Assembly (NCBI RefSeq): GCF_000372725.1 | Contig: NW_005201421.1 | Span: forward strand, 1-64,000 | Direction: 5' to 3' | Length of the DNA: 64,000 bases | Source of the DNA: Emiliania huxleyi CCMP1516 | Lineage: Eukaryota | Part shown: in pieces, positions 52,199 to 64,000 of the stretch | How positions within the stretch are numbered: the stretch's first letter is position 1 | How the letters are laid out: the number at the start of each line of letters is the position of its first letter | Translations under genes and position numbers: made by a program | The notes under the pieces: generated by a model | What the model saw: only the letters and a program-made list of their open reading frames with translations | Databases searched by the model: none | What the model was told of the DNA's origin: nothing

Positions 52199-54533
52199 TC
52201 ACACAGCCGCTGCAGCGTCCGCCACGCCCAGCGCCGAGTCGACCACCTCTGACGTCTCTGCGTCGCTCAGCCCATCGCCGACGCGCACGAGCTCCGCGTA
52301 GGCGCCGTTGCGGCGGAGGAGGGCGTCGTGCGTCCCCTCCTCGACGATGGCGCCGTGCGACACCACGACGATGTGGTCCGCCTGCCGCGCCTGCGAGACC
52401 TTGTGCGTGGTGAAGAGGACCGTCCGGTCGCCTGCTGGGCGAGGCAAGGGGCGGGGGGCGGGGGAGGGGAAGAGCAGTCAGCGCGGCGCGAGCAAGGCTG
52501 GCAGGCAGGGGCAGGCACAGGGGGGGGGGGGGGGTGCCTCCAGTCCGCCAGGGGTGTGTCCCTTGAAAAGGGTGAGGCACNNNNNNNNNNNNNNNNNNNN
52601 NNNNNNNNNNNNNNNNNNNNNNNNNNNNNNNNNNNNNNNNNNNNNNNNNNNNNNNNNNNNNNNNNNNNNNNNNNNNNNNNGGTGGCAGGAGCGACTTGGA
52701 GGTCTGTGGGTAGAGGCTGATGACGATGCATGATTCGGCGAGCACCAACGTGGCGTAGGCGAGGCTGGAGCAGGGGGTGCGGTGGGTGAGTTTGGGAGCT
52801 AAACACCCTGGAAGGCGGTCCCCGCGGCGTGCACACCTGAAGGCGGAGAACTGTGCAAACCTAGCATAGCAGGGTCCGAGAAAGGTAAGGGTCTGAGGGT
52901 CTTGCCAGGAGCGAGAGACGCTTGGCATGGCGCGGACCATGTCATTTCGGATGCAGCCGGGAGCTTGCCGTTGATGACAAAGTCGGACGCCACGGCGGCG
53001 AGCAGCGCCTAGGATTGGTTCTGAAAAAGCTCGAGGATGCCCCTCCGCACCACGCACCGCACGGCAGGAGAGAACAGCGCCGTGATGCCGAGGCCGAGCC
53101 GCTCGCCGCACTGGGGCGGGACGCTGAAGCAGAGGAAGCCGATGAAGTTGAGCACCACCTGAGCGGTGGGGAGAGTGTGTGTTTGGATGCCCAGCGGTGC
53201 ATGGCTGTCGGGCGCTTTGCGCCGCGCGTTCAACGCGATGTAGCCGCGGGTGTACGGCTGCCAAGCCCGCTTGAACACGACCTGCAGAGCACGCGAGAGA
53301 GAGAGTGCGTGCGCGCCAGTCGTGCTTGCCGAGGTGTGCAGTGGACTAGCAGTGGCTTCTCGCTCTCCGGCCCCATTCCCCATGCCCATGCGTGTGCGCG
53401 TGTGCGGCACCTCGTAGAGGAGGACAGGCCAGTCGTTCTCTGGGTCGCCGGGGTAAGGCGGGTAGACTTTATCGCGGCATTCGACGCCCTCGAGCGAAAA
53501 CTCCTGGAAGGACTCGCCCGCGGTCTCGGAGCCTCCAATGCTGAAGCCGTCGCCCATCTTGACGGGGCGGAGGTAGAGGCCGCTACTCACACAACCGCAT
53601 CGTGAGGCAATCGCCGTATCTCTCTGTACTCCTCGAGGTTGGTCGGCCTGAAGCTCCAGCTGCCAAACTCCATCGTGCATCCCAGCTCGTCGAACGGGAA
53701 GCGGTCGAGTCCTACGAACTTGCAAGTGGGGCGGAGGTGGCCGGGCCGTGACCAGAAGACGGTGCCGTCGCTCGATACACTCGCGAAGGCGTTGGAGAGC
53801 GAGGTCTGCATCGACTCGCCCTGGTTCCACAGGGTCATGTCGGGCGTCCAAATGTCGGACGAGACGTCGGACGAGGCGCCGTCGCCGACCCACAGTTGCA
53901 GCGTTGCGAGGCCACCGTACTGCGAGGCGTTCCACGCCAGCCGCGGGTCATGCCACCGCAGCCGGTACCACACAATTAAGTCGGTGGCGTGGTTGACTAC
54001 GTCCACAGAGTGCACCCGGTGGAAGTTGATGCCCATTTCCACCTTCAAGCCCGACCGCTCCCCCCCGTCGGCCAGCGCCGCTTCCCAAGCAAATTCCCAC
54101 GGATATGCTCCTTTGTCGTATGAGACGAGGAGGTCCGCCCGCAGGCGGCCCGAGGCGCCGTTATCGGCTAGCGCAGGCGTCGCGATGTGCAGGGCCAGCA
54201 GGCTCATCGCCAGGTTACGCAGCATCAGCGAGCCGCCACAGACAGGTGCTTGTTGGACTTATTTAGGAGCGGGACGAGCCGCCCCCCCGCCGTTTTTCAT
54301 CGTTTATGGAAAGGTTGATCGCGGGCGGCCGCAGCGTCCCAAATTTAGGAATCAAGGCGGAATGGGCGGCTATACACGATGGAACATCTTTATTTTCGGT
54401 GTACGGCTCTTACTATGCACTTTATGCNNNNNNNNNNNNNNNNNNNNNNNNNNNNNNNNNNNNNNNNNNNNNNNNNNNNNNNNNNNNNNNNNNNNNNNNN
54501 NNNNNNNNNNNNNNNNNNNNNNNNNNNGTGGAG

Positions 54534-54599
<66 letters not shown>

Positions 54600-56656
54600 T
54601 GCGCGTGCGCGTGCGGTGTGTGCGCGTGCGGCGAGTGCGCGTGCGCGGGCGTGTGCGTGTGCGTGCGTGAGGTGTCGTGCGCCTCCGTCGCCGCGCCGAG
54701 CGCCTCCTGGATGCGGCTCCACTGGTCGAGCACCTGTGTGCGGGCGAGCTCGCGGACGTGTCGTGGACATGTCGGCTGGCGGGCGGGGGAGGCTCGCTGG
54801 CCGGGCACGTCGCTCGACGCGTCCGAGATGAAGGCGACGTAGAGGACGAAGGAGGTGAGCGCCTCGCGGCGGCGGCGCGGGAGGAGGAGGGTGGGCAGGG
54901 GCGAGGGGAGAGGAAGAGGCGAGACGGAAGAGAGGAAGCGAAGAGAGGAGAGGAAGAGAGGGAGGCGAGGGTAGGAGAGCGCCTCGCGGGGCAGCACGCC
55001 CGCCGCCACAAGCGCGGCGCCGCCAGCGAGAACGGCCACGTTGAGGGCGGCGTTGACGGCGCCTGCGGGATATGTCCGAGACCTGTCACGGCCATCCTGC
55101 CCACGACGAGCGCGGCGTTGTGGTTCGCCGTTGAAGACACGCGAGCAGCCGTAGATGGCGCCGTACTCGGTCTGCAGCCGCAGCAAGCCGTCCAGCTGCT
55201 GCCCGTACCTATGCGTATGCACACACGCAGCCGTGGAGAGATAAACGCGAGGGGAGGCAAGCCTTCCTGCTGCTGCCCGCACCGCCGCCGCTCGCTCCGC
55301 TGGCTGCCGTGCGACCTGGGAGACGGTTCCGAGAAGGTTCATGGAAAGTGGCGCCAGAGAGCCTTGCGTGAGAAGCTTCTCTTCTATATTCATCTCGAGG
55401 TATGACCGGGCGCGCTTGATGGAGGAGAAGCGCTGGGAGAGGACTAGGAGACCGTCTGAGTGGTCTGCAGGGAGTGTACCGGACGAGCTTGATGAGCGAG
55501 AAACACTGCTCCGCCACGCCAGACGAAGCTGCGAGCCGGTCCTGCTGCGCCTGGGGGGGGAGTAGGGCGAGGAGGTTGAGGTGGGGGGGGGAGAGGAGAG
55601 AGGAGAGGAGGAGGGGAGGAGGAGAGAGGAGGTGCGCCTGGGAGAGTCGGCGAGCTGCCATCGAGTAGAAGTGTGCGAAGAGAGACCGCAGCAGCACGCC
55701 CGCGACGACGAGCAGCGCCAGGCGGCCGCTCAGCCGCAGCACGACCGCCATGCCCGCGAGGGACTGCAGCACCTGCGCCGAGTGAGGTCCCGACACACTC
55801 GACGAATGAAGAGGCCAACGTGGTCAGCATGAACAGCCAGCATGAACAGCGAGGCCGGCATGAGGTCAGCATGAGGTCAGCACACACCACTGCGACTGTG
55901 AGGGGAGGGAGAGCTGCACCTGCCGCAGCACGATGTTGACGTTGAGCGAGAGCACGTCTCCCAGCTTGACGCAGTCAGTGGCGAGGCGCGTCGACAGGTC
56001 GCCAGGGCCTTGCTCGTCGTGGAACGCCTGGGCAACGAGGGTGGCGATGAGAGCAAGAGTCGAGACATGGATCAACAGCGGCTATGCTTGTCGTGCAAGG
56101 CCTGCGGCTGAGCGAGCAGCGCGTCGAAGAGCGTCGCACGCAGCCGCGCCACCAGCCGCGCGCCGCACACCCAGAAGCAAAAGCCGCGGATGCCGGTGAA
56201 CACGGCTGTGCCAAGCCCGACCGCGGCGAGGCGGACGAGGGCGGGCCGCAGCTGAGCGAGAGAGCCCGCGGCGTCCGTGCCGAGCCCAAGCGCCGCGTTG
56301 AGCGCTGCGCCCTGCAGGGCAGGCAGCAAAGCGTCGCCCGACGCGGCGACGGCGAGGCACACGAACGCCGTCACGAGCGGAGCGGCGTCGGGCTTGCACA
56401 GGGAGAGGAGGGTCTTCCATGGTGTCTTGACCTTCTTTGCGGGCGCCGCTGACAGCACGGGACGGCCACAGCGGCCACAGCGCAGGCCGGACAGGCCAGA
56501 TGGCCGGGCCACCACTGGCTGCAGCGGGTGTAGAGCGACCGCAGCGACATGCTTGACACGCGCATCGGCCGCCAAAGTTACGGGCCGCGGAAGAGCAGGT
56601 ATTGGCCCGGCGCGCAGTGCCACTGCTGCGACGGCCAGGGTCACGAGCGAGCACAT
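52199..56656 (-). CDS. ABCB (TAP-like) half-transporter, probably plastid-targeted; most of the NBD falls in the gaps
   Basis: RLVARLRATLFDALLAQ, FHDEQGPGDLSTRLATD; C-terminal RTVLFTTHKVSQARQADHIVVVSHGAIVEEGTHDALL. Confidence 0.85.
52681..54427 (-). repeat. Near-identical duplicate of 50326-52072 (most of the pLGIC gene) between two N-gaps
   Basis: Offset 2355 bp; only a few nucleotide differences; interrupts the ABC gene. Confidence 0.9.
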
Positions 56657-57208
56657 GAGGCGGCGAGAGCACCGACTGCCAGAGCCGACCGATAAAGAAT
56701 TTTACGACCAAACTCCCTCGCACAACACGATAGACACCGCCACATTCCTGAGACGAGCGAGGGAAGCCTCCTTAAAGGCGAAAGGGTCTAGATTTGGGGC
56801 GCTCGCCGAAGAGGAGTACGACAAAATAGCACCCGTGATTGCCTGCACGCTACCCGCACTCACGGACTCCATACCCGAAAGAAAGAGAAGGGACCTCGCG
56901 GGAGAGGTGACGAGTGAACTACAGGTAGTGGGGAAGGCAGCCTCGATTGCCATACAGACATGGGTGCGAAACAACGACAAGACCAAGGCACGGGCAGAGG
57001 AACGAGAGAAGAATATAGGGTGGATAAAACGCCTGTTCACGGCATGGAGGGTGAGCCACACCGAACGTACCGAGCGAAGAGCCGAGCGGAAGGAGGACGG
57101 GGAAGATGACTCAGAGGAGGACGAACCAGTGGAAATTCAGTTGTCAGATGTCACGATGCATCCGAAGGGGACCCCAGCGCCGGCATCATCCGTAGAAGAG
57201 AGGCCGAG

Positions 57209-57873
57209 ATGGCGGAGGCGGCTGCGGAGGCGGATCGGCACGCGGAAGCGCTTCTGGCGGATGAGGAGGCGGAGAAGGAGGCGGAGCAGCGCGCCAAGGA
57301 GCGCAAGGCCAAAAAGAAGAAGAAGAAGAAGAAGGGCAAGGGCGGGGGGAGCGGCGGCGGGCCGTCGCAGGAGCCGGAAGGCGAGGAGGCGGAGGCGCTT
57401 GCGGCGGCGGAGGGGGAGGCGGTGGCGGCAGCAGAGGAGGCGGAGCTGGCGACGGCGCTTCAGGAGAGCGCGAGGCTGGAGGAGGAGAGGCGGGTGGCGG
57501 AGGAGCAGCCGCCCGAGCCGGATGCGCCGCCGGCCGACTTCATCTGCCCCATCACGACCGAGGTGATGAGCGACCCGGTGATGGCGGCGGACGGCCATTC
57601 CTACGAGCGGAAGCAGATCGAGCGCTGGCTCGCGACCAAGTCGACGAGCCCCCGATGACGGGCGAGGCGCTCCAGCACACGCACACCTTCCCAAACCACG
57701 CGCTGCGCGGGCGGATTCGAGAGTGGCAGAGGCGCGCATTGAGCGGTTTCGCGCGTTCTCGTGTGTGGCTGAGCGGGCGAGCGCGCGCTGTGTGCCTCCA
57801 CGCCTGGGGCCTGGCACCTGGGCTCGAGCGCAATCGCTCGGCGTGGTTTCTTAATGGTAAGCGGGTTTCTTAA
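57209..57873 (+). pseudogene. U-box protein with a frameshift in a C-run at ~57650
   Basis: [39 protein letters not shown] / MTGEAL..FPNHALRGRIREW. Confidence 0.8.
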
Positions 57874-57988
57874 TACCCGCAACCCACTGTAGACGTAGTA
57901 CGTGGCTCTAAGTCCTAGGCTCGCAGATCAGCTAGCTATCCCGTAGACGTTGGCGAAGATCTACAATCCCCGGAGCCCGCCGGCGTGC

Positions 57989-60376
57989 CTAGGTGCGCGT
58001 CTCGTCAAACCGGAACTTGTCCGCCTCGGAGAGGACAGACCACGCCACCATGTCTGCGACCAGGTTGGCCTGGGCGCACGTGTAGCCGCCTCCCGACGCG
58101 AGCATCGGGAATGTCTCGCCCCCCAGCGCGAGCACGTCGTCGGGCACCTATTCACGGCTGGGAGCGTGAGAGGCGCCCATCACACACGCAGAGGTGTGAC
58201 GAGCACGCGGGCACCGTCTCGGTGAAGCGCTTCGGCGCGTCCATGTAGTGCACGACCAAGTCGATCGGCCCGTACGCCTCGACGCCGTAAAAGTCGTTTT
58301 CGAGCACCTAGGGGGTTGCTGACCAGCCCGTCACCGCCGGGGGCTGGCTCGGCGGCGGAGGGTCGGTCTCGAAGGCGCCTTGATCCCGCGCAGCTCGGCG
58401 ATGAGAGGCCGGCCGGCGGCGCGGCAGCTGTCGAACTGCGCGACCATCTCGCGGAAAGCGGACACCTAATATTATATATTAATTACATCTCGCGGAAGGC
58501 GGACACCTACTTATTTATTTATTTATTTATTTATTTACATCTCGCGGAAAGCGGACACCTACGGCCCGAGAGACGCGCTCGCGGAAGGGGCGCCCGCCGC
58601 TCTCTCCTCGCGGACGGCGGGCGCCTCGAAGAGCTACATCTCGGCTTATCCCGGCTGCATCTCGGCTGCATCTCGGCTACATCTCGGCTTATCCCGGCTG
58701 CATCTCAGCTGCATCTCGGATGCATCTCGGCTGCATCCCGGTTGCATCTCGCGCCTCGAAGAGCTTGTTCTGCGAGTAGGCGTAGCCGCCCATCCGCCGC
58801 TCGTCCTTGCGGATGCCAAACAAGGAGGAGATGTGCGAGTCGACGGGCTTCCACAGCGCGCCTGACCATGCATCGACCCACCATCAGCGAGTTGGTGTAC
58901 CGGGCCTCCAAGCCGCCGACAGGCGTCCGCAGCGCACCGCCCGACTCGGCGAGCGTCGCGTACGGCTGCGGGCCAGAGAAGAACTGGACGACGCGGGTAC
59001 ACTTTCGGCGCAGCAGCGCGGGCAGCGCGGAGCAGTCGTGCATTCCGCCGTCCACAAAGAGCAGGTCCTGCGCCCGCCGGCCGTCGAAGGAGGGCGAGAC
59101 GCGGTACCGCTGCAGCGCCCAGTTCTGCGCCGCCCAGTCCGTCGCCCGGTCCAGCAGGCAGTCGTTCAGGCATCCGTCCCGCCCGACCCCGCCTCGCACA
59201 AAGTCGCCGAGCGCGGAGGAGGTGGTGCCGACAACGTCTCGCAGCGTGAAGGCGGGCGGACCGCAGTACGTGTTTGGCCGTCCGCAGAAGCAGGGCAGGC
59301 TCCACGGGTAGAGGCAAGGCGGCGCGGCGGAGGGGAAGCCGCAGCACTGGAAGGAGGCGGGCTGCAGGAAGCGCGTCATCGGCACCGTGCCGGGCTGCAC
59401 GGCGAGGCTAGGCGCCGGGAGGGCGACGCAGGGCAGGCAGCAGCAGGAGATGTCGGTCTGCATGGGCGGCCCCTTGTACCCTGTCGACACCTCGTCCGGC
59501 GTCGCCTCGAAGGTGACGAAGCTCGCGCCCCCGTGCGCCGCCCGAGCCGCGTGCGCGTCCCCGTACTCCTCCGCCGCGTCGTCGTCGCCCGTCGCCTGCC
59601 AGTGCGCCCGCTGCACCCGGCGCGCGTGCGTGAAGTTGCGCGGCGCCGACGGGCCGGCGAGGGCGAACGAGATGATGGGCTGCGCGCGCACGTCGGGCCG
59701 CTGCACGATGAAGTCGGAGCGGCGCAGGCGCGGCGCGGCGGCGATGGCCTTCTCGACGGCCGCCTGAGGGGCGGGAGGGGAGAGCGGAGAGGTGGAGGGG
59801 CGGGAGGACGAGGACCCATCTGTGCGGCGCGACTGCGTGCTGCTATTCCAGTGTGCTGTCTCGGCACGCCTCGGACGAGGCGGTGATGAGCCGGCCGTCG
59901 ACGCCGTTCGGCTTGAGGTAGATCTGGTCGATCATCCAGAGCCAAAACTCATGCGGGTCGCAGCAGCAGGTCCACGCGAACGAGGCACTCAGCGTCCAGG
60001 AGCGCAGCTTGGTGTAGTCCCCGATGGATATCCACGTCGACGCGCCGAGGCGGCCCCACGGCATAATCTCGAGCTCTGCCCGCCCCTCCTTGCTGCTGTA
60101 GTCGGGCAGCGCACTGGCTGGCGTCGGGAGGCGCGAGATTGTGAGCACCTCGTCGAGCGGGTCGGAGGAGTAGGCGAGGTGCGCCACCGTCCAGCCCGAG
60201 CCGCTCACGCCAGAGATATGAGTCGCCTCCGAAAGGAGGCCGAGATGGTGCATTGCACGCATGAAGCCCCAAGAACCCGCGTGCGCCCTGGCGCCTCCGC
60301 CGTTGAGGGCGATGCCCAGACTGGGGCGAGGCGGCTCGTCGTCCCGCTCGATTCTGCTGGTGGTGGGCGCGCTCAT
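57989..60376 (-). CDS. cPLA2/lysophospholipase (patatin-like) protein, multi-exon
   Basis: GIALNGGGARA, ISGVSGSGW, LLFVDGG. Confidence 0.8.
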
Positions 60377-60708
60377 TCTGGATGTGGTGGGGCGGCAGTG
60401 ATAGTGGAAGGGTGACTTCCTTTCGACGTTCGGGATTTTTGCTTTTTTTTGTGTTAAGCAAGGCGGTCACGCATCGCTCTCGGGCCCACAGACATCCCGC
60501 ACACCCGCCGCCCCCCCGCGCGCGCCCCGGCCGGGAGAAAGGGGAGTGACAGTTTGGGACGGCGACAGACGAGTACCTCGCACTCCATGTTAGAGGGCTT
60601 CGTGGCAGCCTTCCGAGAAACAAATCTAGCAACGAACAAGCTCAACATACACACTCACACTCACTCAACACAGTGTACAACGGGCCTTAGTAAACACCAT
60701 CTATTAAA

Positions 60709-61105
60709 TGACGTATTTTTGCGTCATTCGTAATGATGTGGTGTCCGTCTCTCCCCCGTGTGTCTGACCGAGCTTCTCGGAAGCTACGCCGCCTCCGGCG
60801 GCGCTAGAGGGGGGGGGGCCATGACCCCGGCAAGCCAGTGAGGACCGGGGAAGCCTCGACCAAAGGCGCCCAACTTTAATCAGTGACTCATTCCGGGGCC
60901 GTATACCAGGTGCGCCCGCGGCGCGCTCTCGGCGAAATTAGCCATTCTACTCGCTCTCCGTGACGTATTTTTGCGTCATTCGTAATGATGTGGTGTCCGT
61001 CTCTCCCCCGTGTGTCTGACCGAGCTTCTCGGAAGCTACGCCGCCTCCGGCGGCGCTAGAGGGGGGGGGGCCATGACCCCGGCAAGCCAGTGAGGACCGG
61101 GGAAG
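60709..61105. repeat. Two identical 145-bp hairpin-rich direct repeats
   Basis: 60709-60853 and 60961-61105. Confidence 0.9.
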
Positions 61106-61204
61106 GCGAGACTGCGTCAGCTGTTCCCACAGCAGAAAGTCCCCGCCGGTGGGGTCCCCCCGCGCCGCTATAGCCCAGTCCCACTCCCAAGGCTCTCCCG
61201 CCGA

Positions 61205-64000
61205 ATGGCCGACCTGCCCAAGGTCTCGCTCGCCGACCTCCTCTCCGGAACCGTGCCTCTCGTCGACAGTGGCGGCGTCCGTGGAGAAGATGGCGGTGCT
61301 GGCAGCCATCCTGTGCGCAGCTCTGCCGACGCCCCTGTAATTGATCTCGATGCATCATCGCCGCCGCCGCCTTGCCAGCCGCTTTGCCGGCCGCTTTGCC
61401 AGCCGCTGCCGCCGCGCCCTGAGACCGGGTCTGCCGCCAACGCCACCTCCACCTCCACCTCCGCCTCCACCTCCGCCTCCACCTCCGCCTCCACCTCCGC
61501 CTCCTCCTCCGCCACCTCCGCCTCCCCCTCCTCCGCCGCCGCCTCCTCCTCCTCCGCCGCCGCCGCATCCGCCTCCTCCGCCTCCACCTCCTCGCGGCCG
61601 CCACTGCTCGCGCCGCCCTCCAAGCGGCCGCGCCCCGCCTCCTCGGACCGCGAGCTCTTCCTGCACGGCGACGACTCGGCGCTGCCCGCGGCCGAGGCGG
61701 CCGCGTGGCGTGCCGCGGTGGACCGCCACCTGCAGGCAGGCACGCAGTTTGTGGACAGCGACTTCCCGGCGACGCAGCTGTCGATCCGGGGAAAGGACGA
61801 GCCGGACGAGGAGGCGCGGCCGGCGCCGCCACCGGCCGTGGCGGCTGGCGAGGCCCCCAAGTGCCGCTGCGGCGTGCAGGCGACGCCCGCGACCGTGGGC
61901 AAGGATACGCCAAACAAGGGGCGGCGGTACTTTCACTGCCCGACCCGCGAGTGCGGCTTCTTTGCGTGGGCCGACGGCGGAGAGGTGACCTTCCGGCGCG
62001 GCGGCAGCGCTGCCAAGCTGAGCTGGGCGCGGCTGCCGCTCGCGCTGCACGTAGTCTGCGACTCCGGCGCCCGCGCCGACGGCAGGGCGGAGGATGACTC
62101 CTCAGCGGAGCACTCAATGAATGGCTCGTTAGGCTTCCGCGCCGAGGACCTGCGGCAGGGCGGCGTCGGCGACTGCTGGTTCATGAGCGCGCTCGCCGTG
62201 GTTGCCCAGCGGCACGACTTGATCGCCCGCATCTTCTCCGCCGACACGGCGCGCAACGCGGCCGGCTGCCTCGCTGCCTGCGCAATGGGGGAGAAACACT
62301 GAAGAGACGGCCGGCTCAATGCTCAGGCGCGCAACGCGGCCGGCTGCCACTGCCTGCGCCTCTTCCTCGACGGCGCGTGGACGTCAGTCTGGATCGACGA
62401 CCAGCTGCCGGTGACGGCGGCGCCGCGGCGAGACCACCTCGCCTTCGACACAAAGCTCGCCTTTTGCCGCTGCGGCTCCGCGAGCGGCGAGCAGCAGCTG
62501 TGGGCGTCGCTGGTCGAGAAGGCGCGCGCCGACGAGGAGTCATCACGACGTGGGAGTGAGAGGAGGGATGACTAGTGACTGTTGATGACTAGTGACTGTT
62601 GATGACTAGTGACTGTTGATGGGCGCCGCTGGTCGGGCAGGCGGAAGTCGCATAGCAGCTATCTCCCCCATATCCTCCCCCATATCTCCCCCACATCTCC
62701 CTCATATCTCCCCCATACCTCCCCCACATCTCCCCCACACCTCCCCCACATCTACCCCATCTCTCCCCCACACCTCCCCCACATCTACCCCATCTCTCCC
62801 CCACATCTCTCCCATGTCTCCGGGCAGGCGTACGCCAAGGCGCACGGCTCGTACCAGTCCATCTCCGGCGGCTGGGTGGCCGAGGCCCTTCTCGACCTGA
62901 CCGGTGCTCCCACCGAGATGCAGCACCTCGGCTACTCCGCGCGTGAGTGAGCCATGAGTGAGGTCACCGACGAGCACAGGCGCGCCCACCGAGATGCAGT
63001 ACCTCGGCGACGCCCGCTTCGACTCGGAGGTGCCAGCTCCACCGCCACACCGCGCCACGACGTGCTGGGACAACCTCCAGCCGACCCACGGGTGCCCAAG
63101 CCGCCTCGCGCGTCCCAGCCCGACCGGCCCTCTCGGCGGCAGGCGACGTGGGCTCGACTCAAGGCTTACGCGGCGCTCGAGCTGCCAATGGGGTGCGGCA
63201 CGAACAACGCCGAGGGGAGCAACCTGAGGCAGGTCGGCCTCGTCGGCGGGCACGCCTACTCGATCCTCGACGTGAGGGAGGCGGCCACCCGCGCGGGCGA
63301 GGTGGCCGCGCTTGCTGCTGCGCTGAGGACTCGCTGGCCACGAGTCGCTCGTTAAGACTTTAGGCGGGGTGGTCCCCCACATCTCCCCCACATCTCCCCC
63401 ACATCTCCCCCACATCTCCCCCACATCTCGTCCTGACGTAGGCGAGGTGGTCCGCCTGCTGCGCGTGCGCAACCCGCACGGCTGCACAGAGTGGAACGGC
63501 GACTGGAGCGACGCGTCCGACAAGTGGGCCGAGCTCGTCGGAGGCGTCGAGGGCGGAGGCGGCGCCTCGTCCCCCTCCGGCGCCGCCGCTCTGCCTCTGT
63601 GCCCCTACGGCGCCGCCTGCTACCGGCGCAGCTCGCAGCACCGCGCAGAGTACCGCCACCACCGGCTGCCGACCGACCAGGCTGCGCGAGGCGGCGGAGG
63701 AGGCGACGGGTTCGACCGCACGGGAGTGGACGACGGCACGATCTGGGTCGGCTAGGCCAAAGCCCAAGAGGGCTTCCGCCTCATGGCGCCTTGGTGAATG
63801 AGCTAGGCACCTTCTGGATCGATTACACCAAATTTATGATGGGGTTTAGCCACGTCGACGTCTGCTACGCCTTCCGCGGCTGGCGCGCCTCCTCCTCCCC
63901 CCAACCACTGCTTGACTGGCAGTGTGGCTCATCGACCAACCATCGGCTATAGGCACGCCTCCTCCTTCCCAAACCACTTCCCGGCGGAGCGAAAGACGGC
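61205..64000 (+). CDS. Calpain (CysPc) protease with inserted zf-GRF and PBZ zinc fingers; runs off the window end
   Basis: FVDSDFP, QGGVGDCWFMSAL, IDDQLP, LWASLVEKAYAKAHGSY, LDLTGAP, GHAYSILD, RVRNPHG, WNGDWSD, DDGTFW. Confidence 0.92.

Noticed and set aside
53587..54225. Tandem pLGIC paralog as a real heteromeric-subunit cluster
   Set aside because: Gap-bounded, near-identical and interrupting another gene; an assembly artefact is more likely

Overview
This is GC-rich eukaryotic nuclear DNA with spliced genes, short often GC-AG introns, microsatellites and three N-gaps. An LHCX antenna gene, AP2-type repeats and the intron style suggest a haptophyte such as Emiliania/Gephyrocapsa huxleyi (inference). 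Recognisable genes: P4H-like 2OG oxygenase, double glycosyltransferase, SLC6 symporter, LHCX, MORN protein, TPR protein, ATP23, AP2-AP2-RING protein, EF-hand/CorA fusion, alpha/beta hydrolase, cyclin L, nAChR-like Cys-loop channel (present twice, probably an assembly haplotig), ABCB half-transporter, cPLA2-like lipase and a calpain. Pseudogene fragments (U-box, GH28, exostosin) and several TIR/MITE elements with visible target-site duplications lie between them. Three signals stand out. (1) Many introns begin with a 15-30 nt copy of the start of the next exon, often followed by tandem-repeat filler and AG, suggesting ongoing intron birth by duplicative insertion. (2) The calpain has a GRF zinc finger and a PBZ poly(ADP-ribose)-binding finger inserted in its catalytic domain. 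(3) A 570-bp tandem array with an open reading frame sits between hairpin-rich direct repeats. Exon boundaries were read by eye and are approximate.
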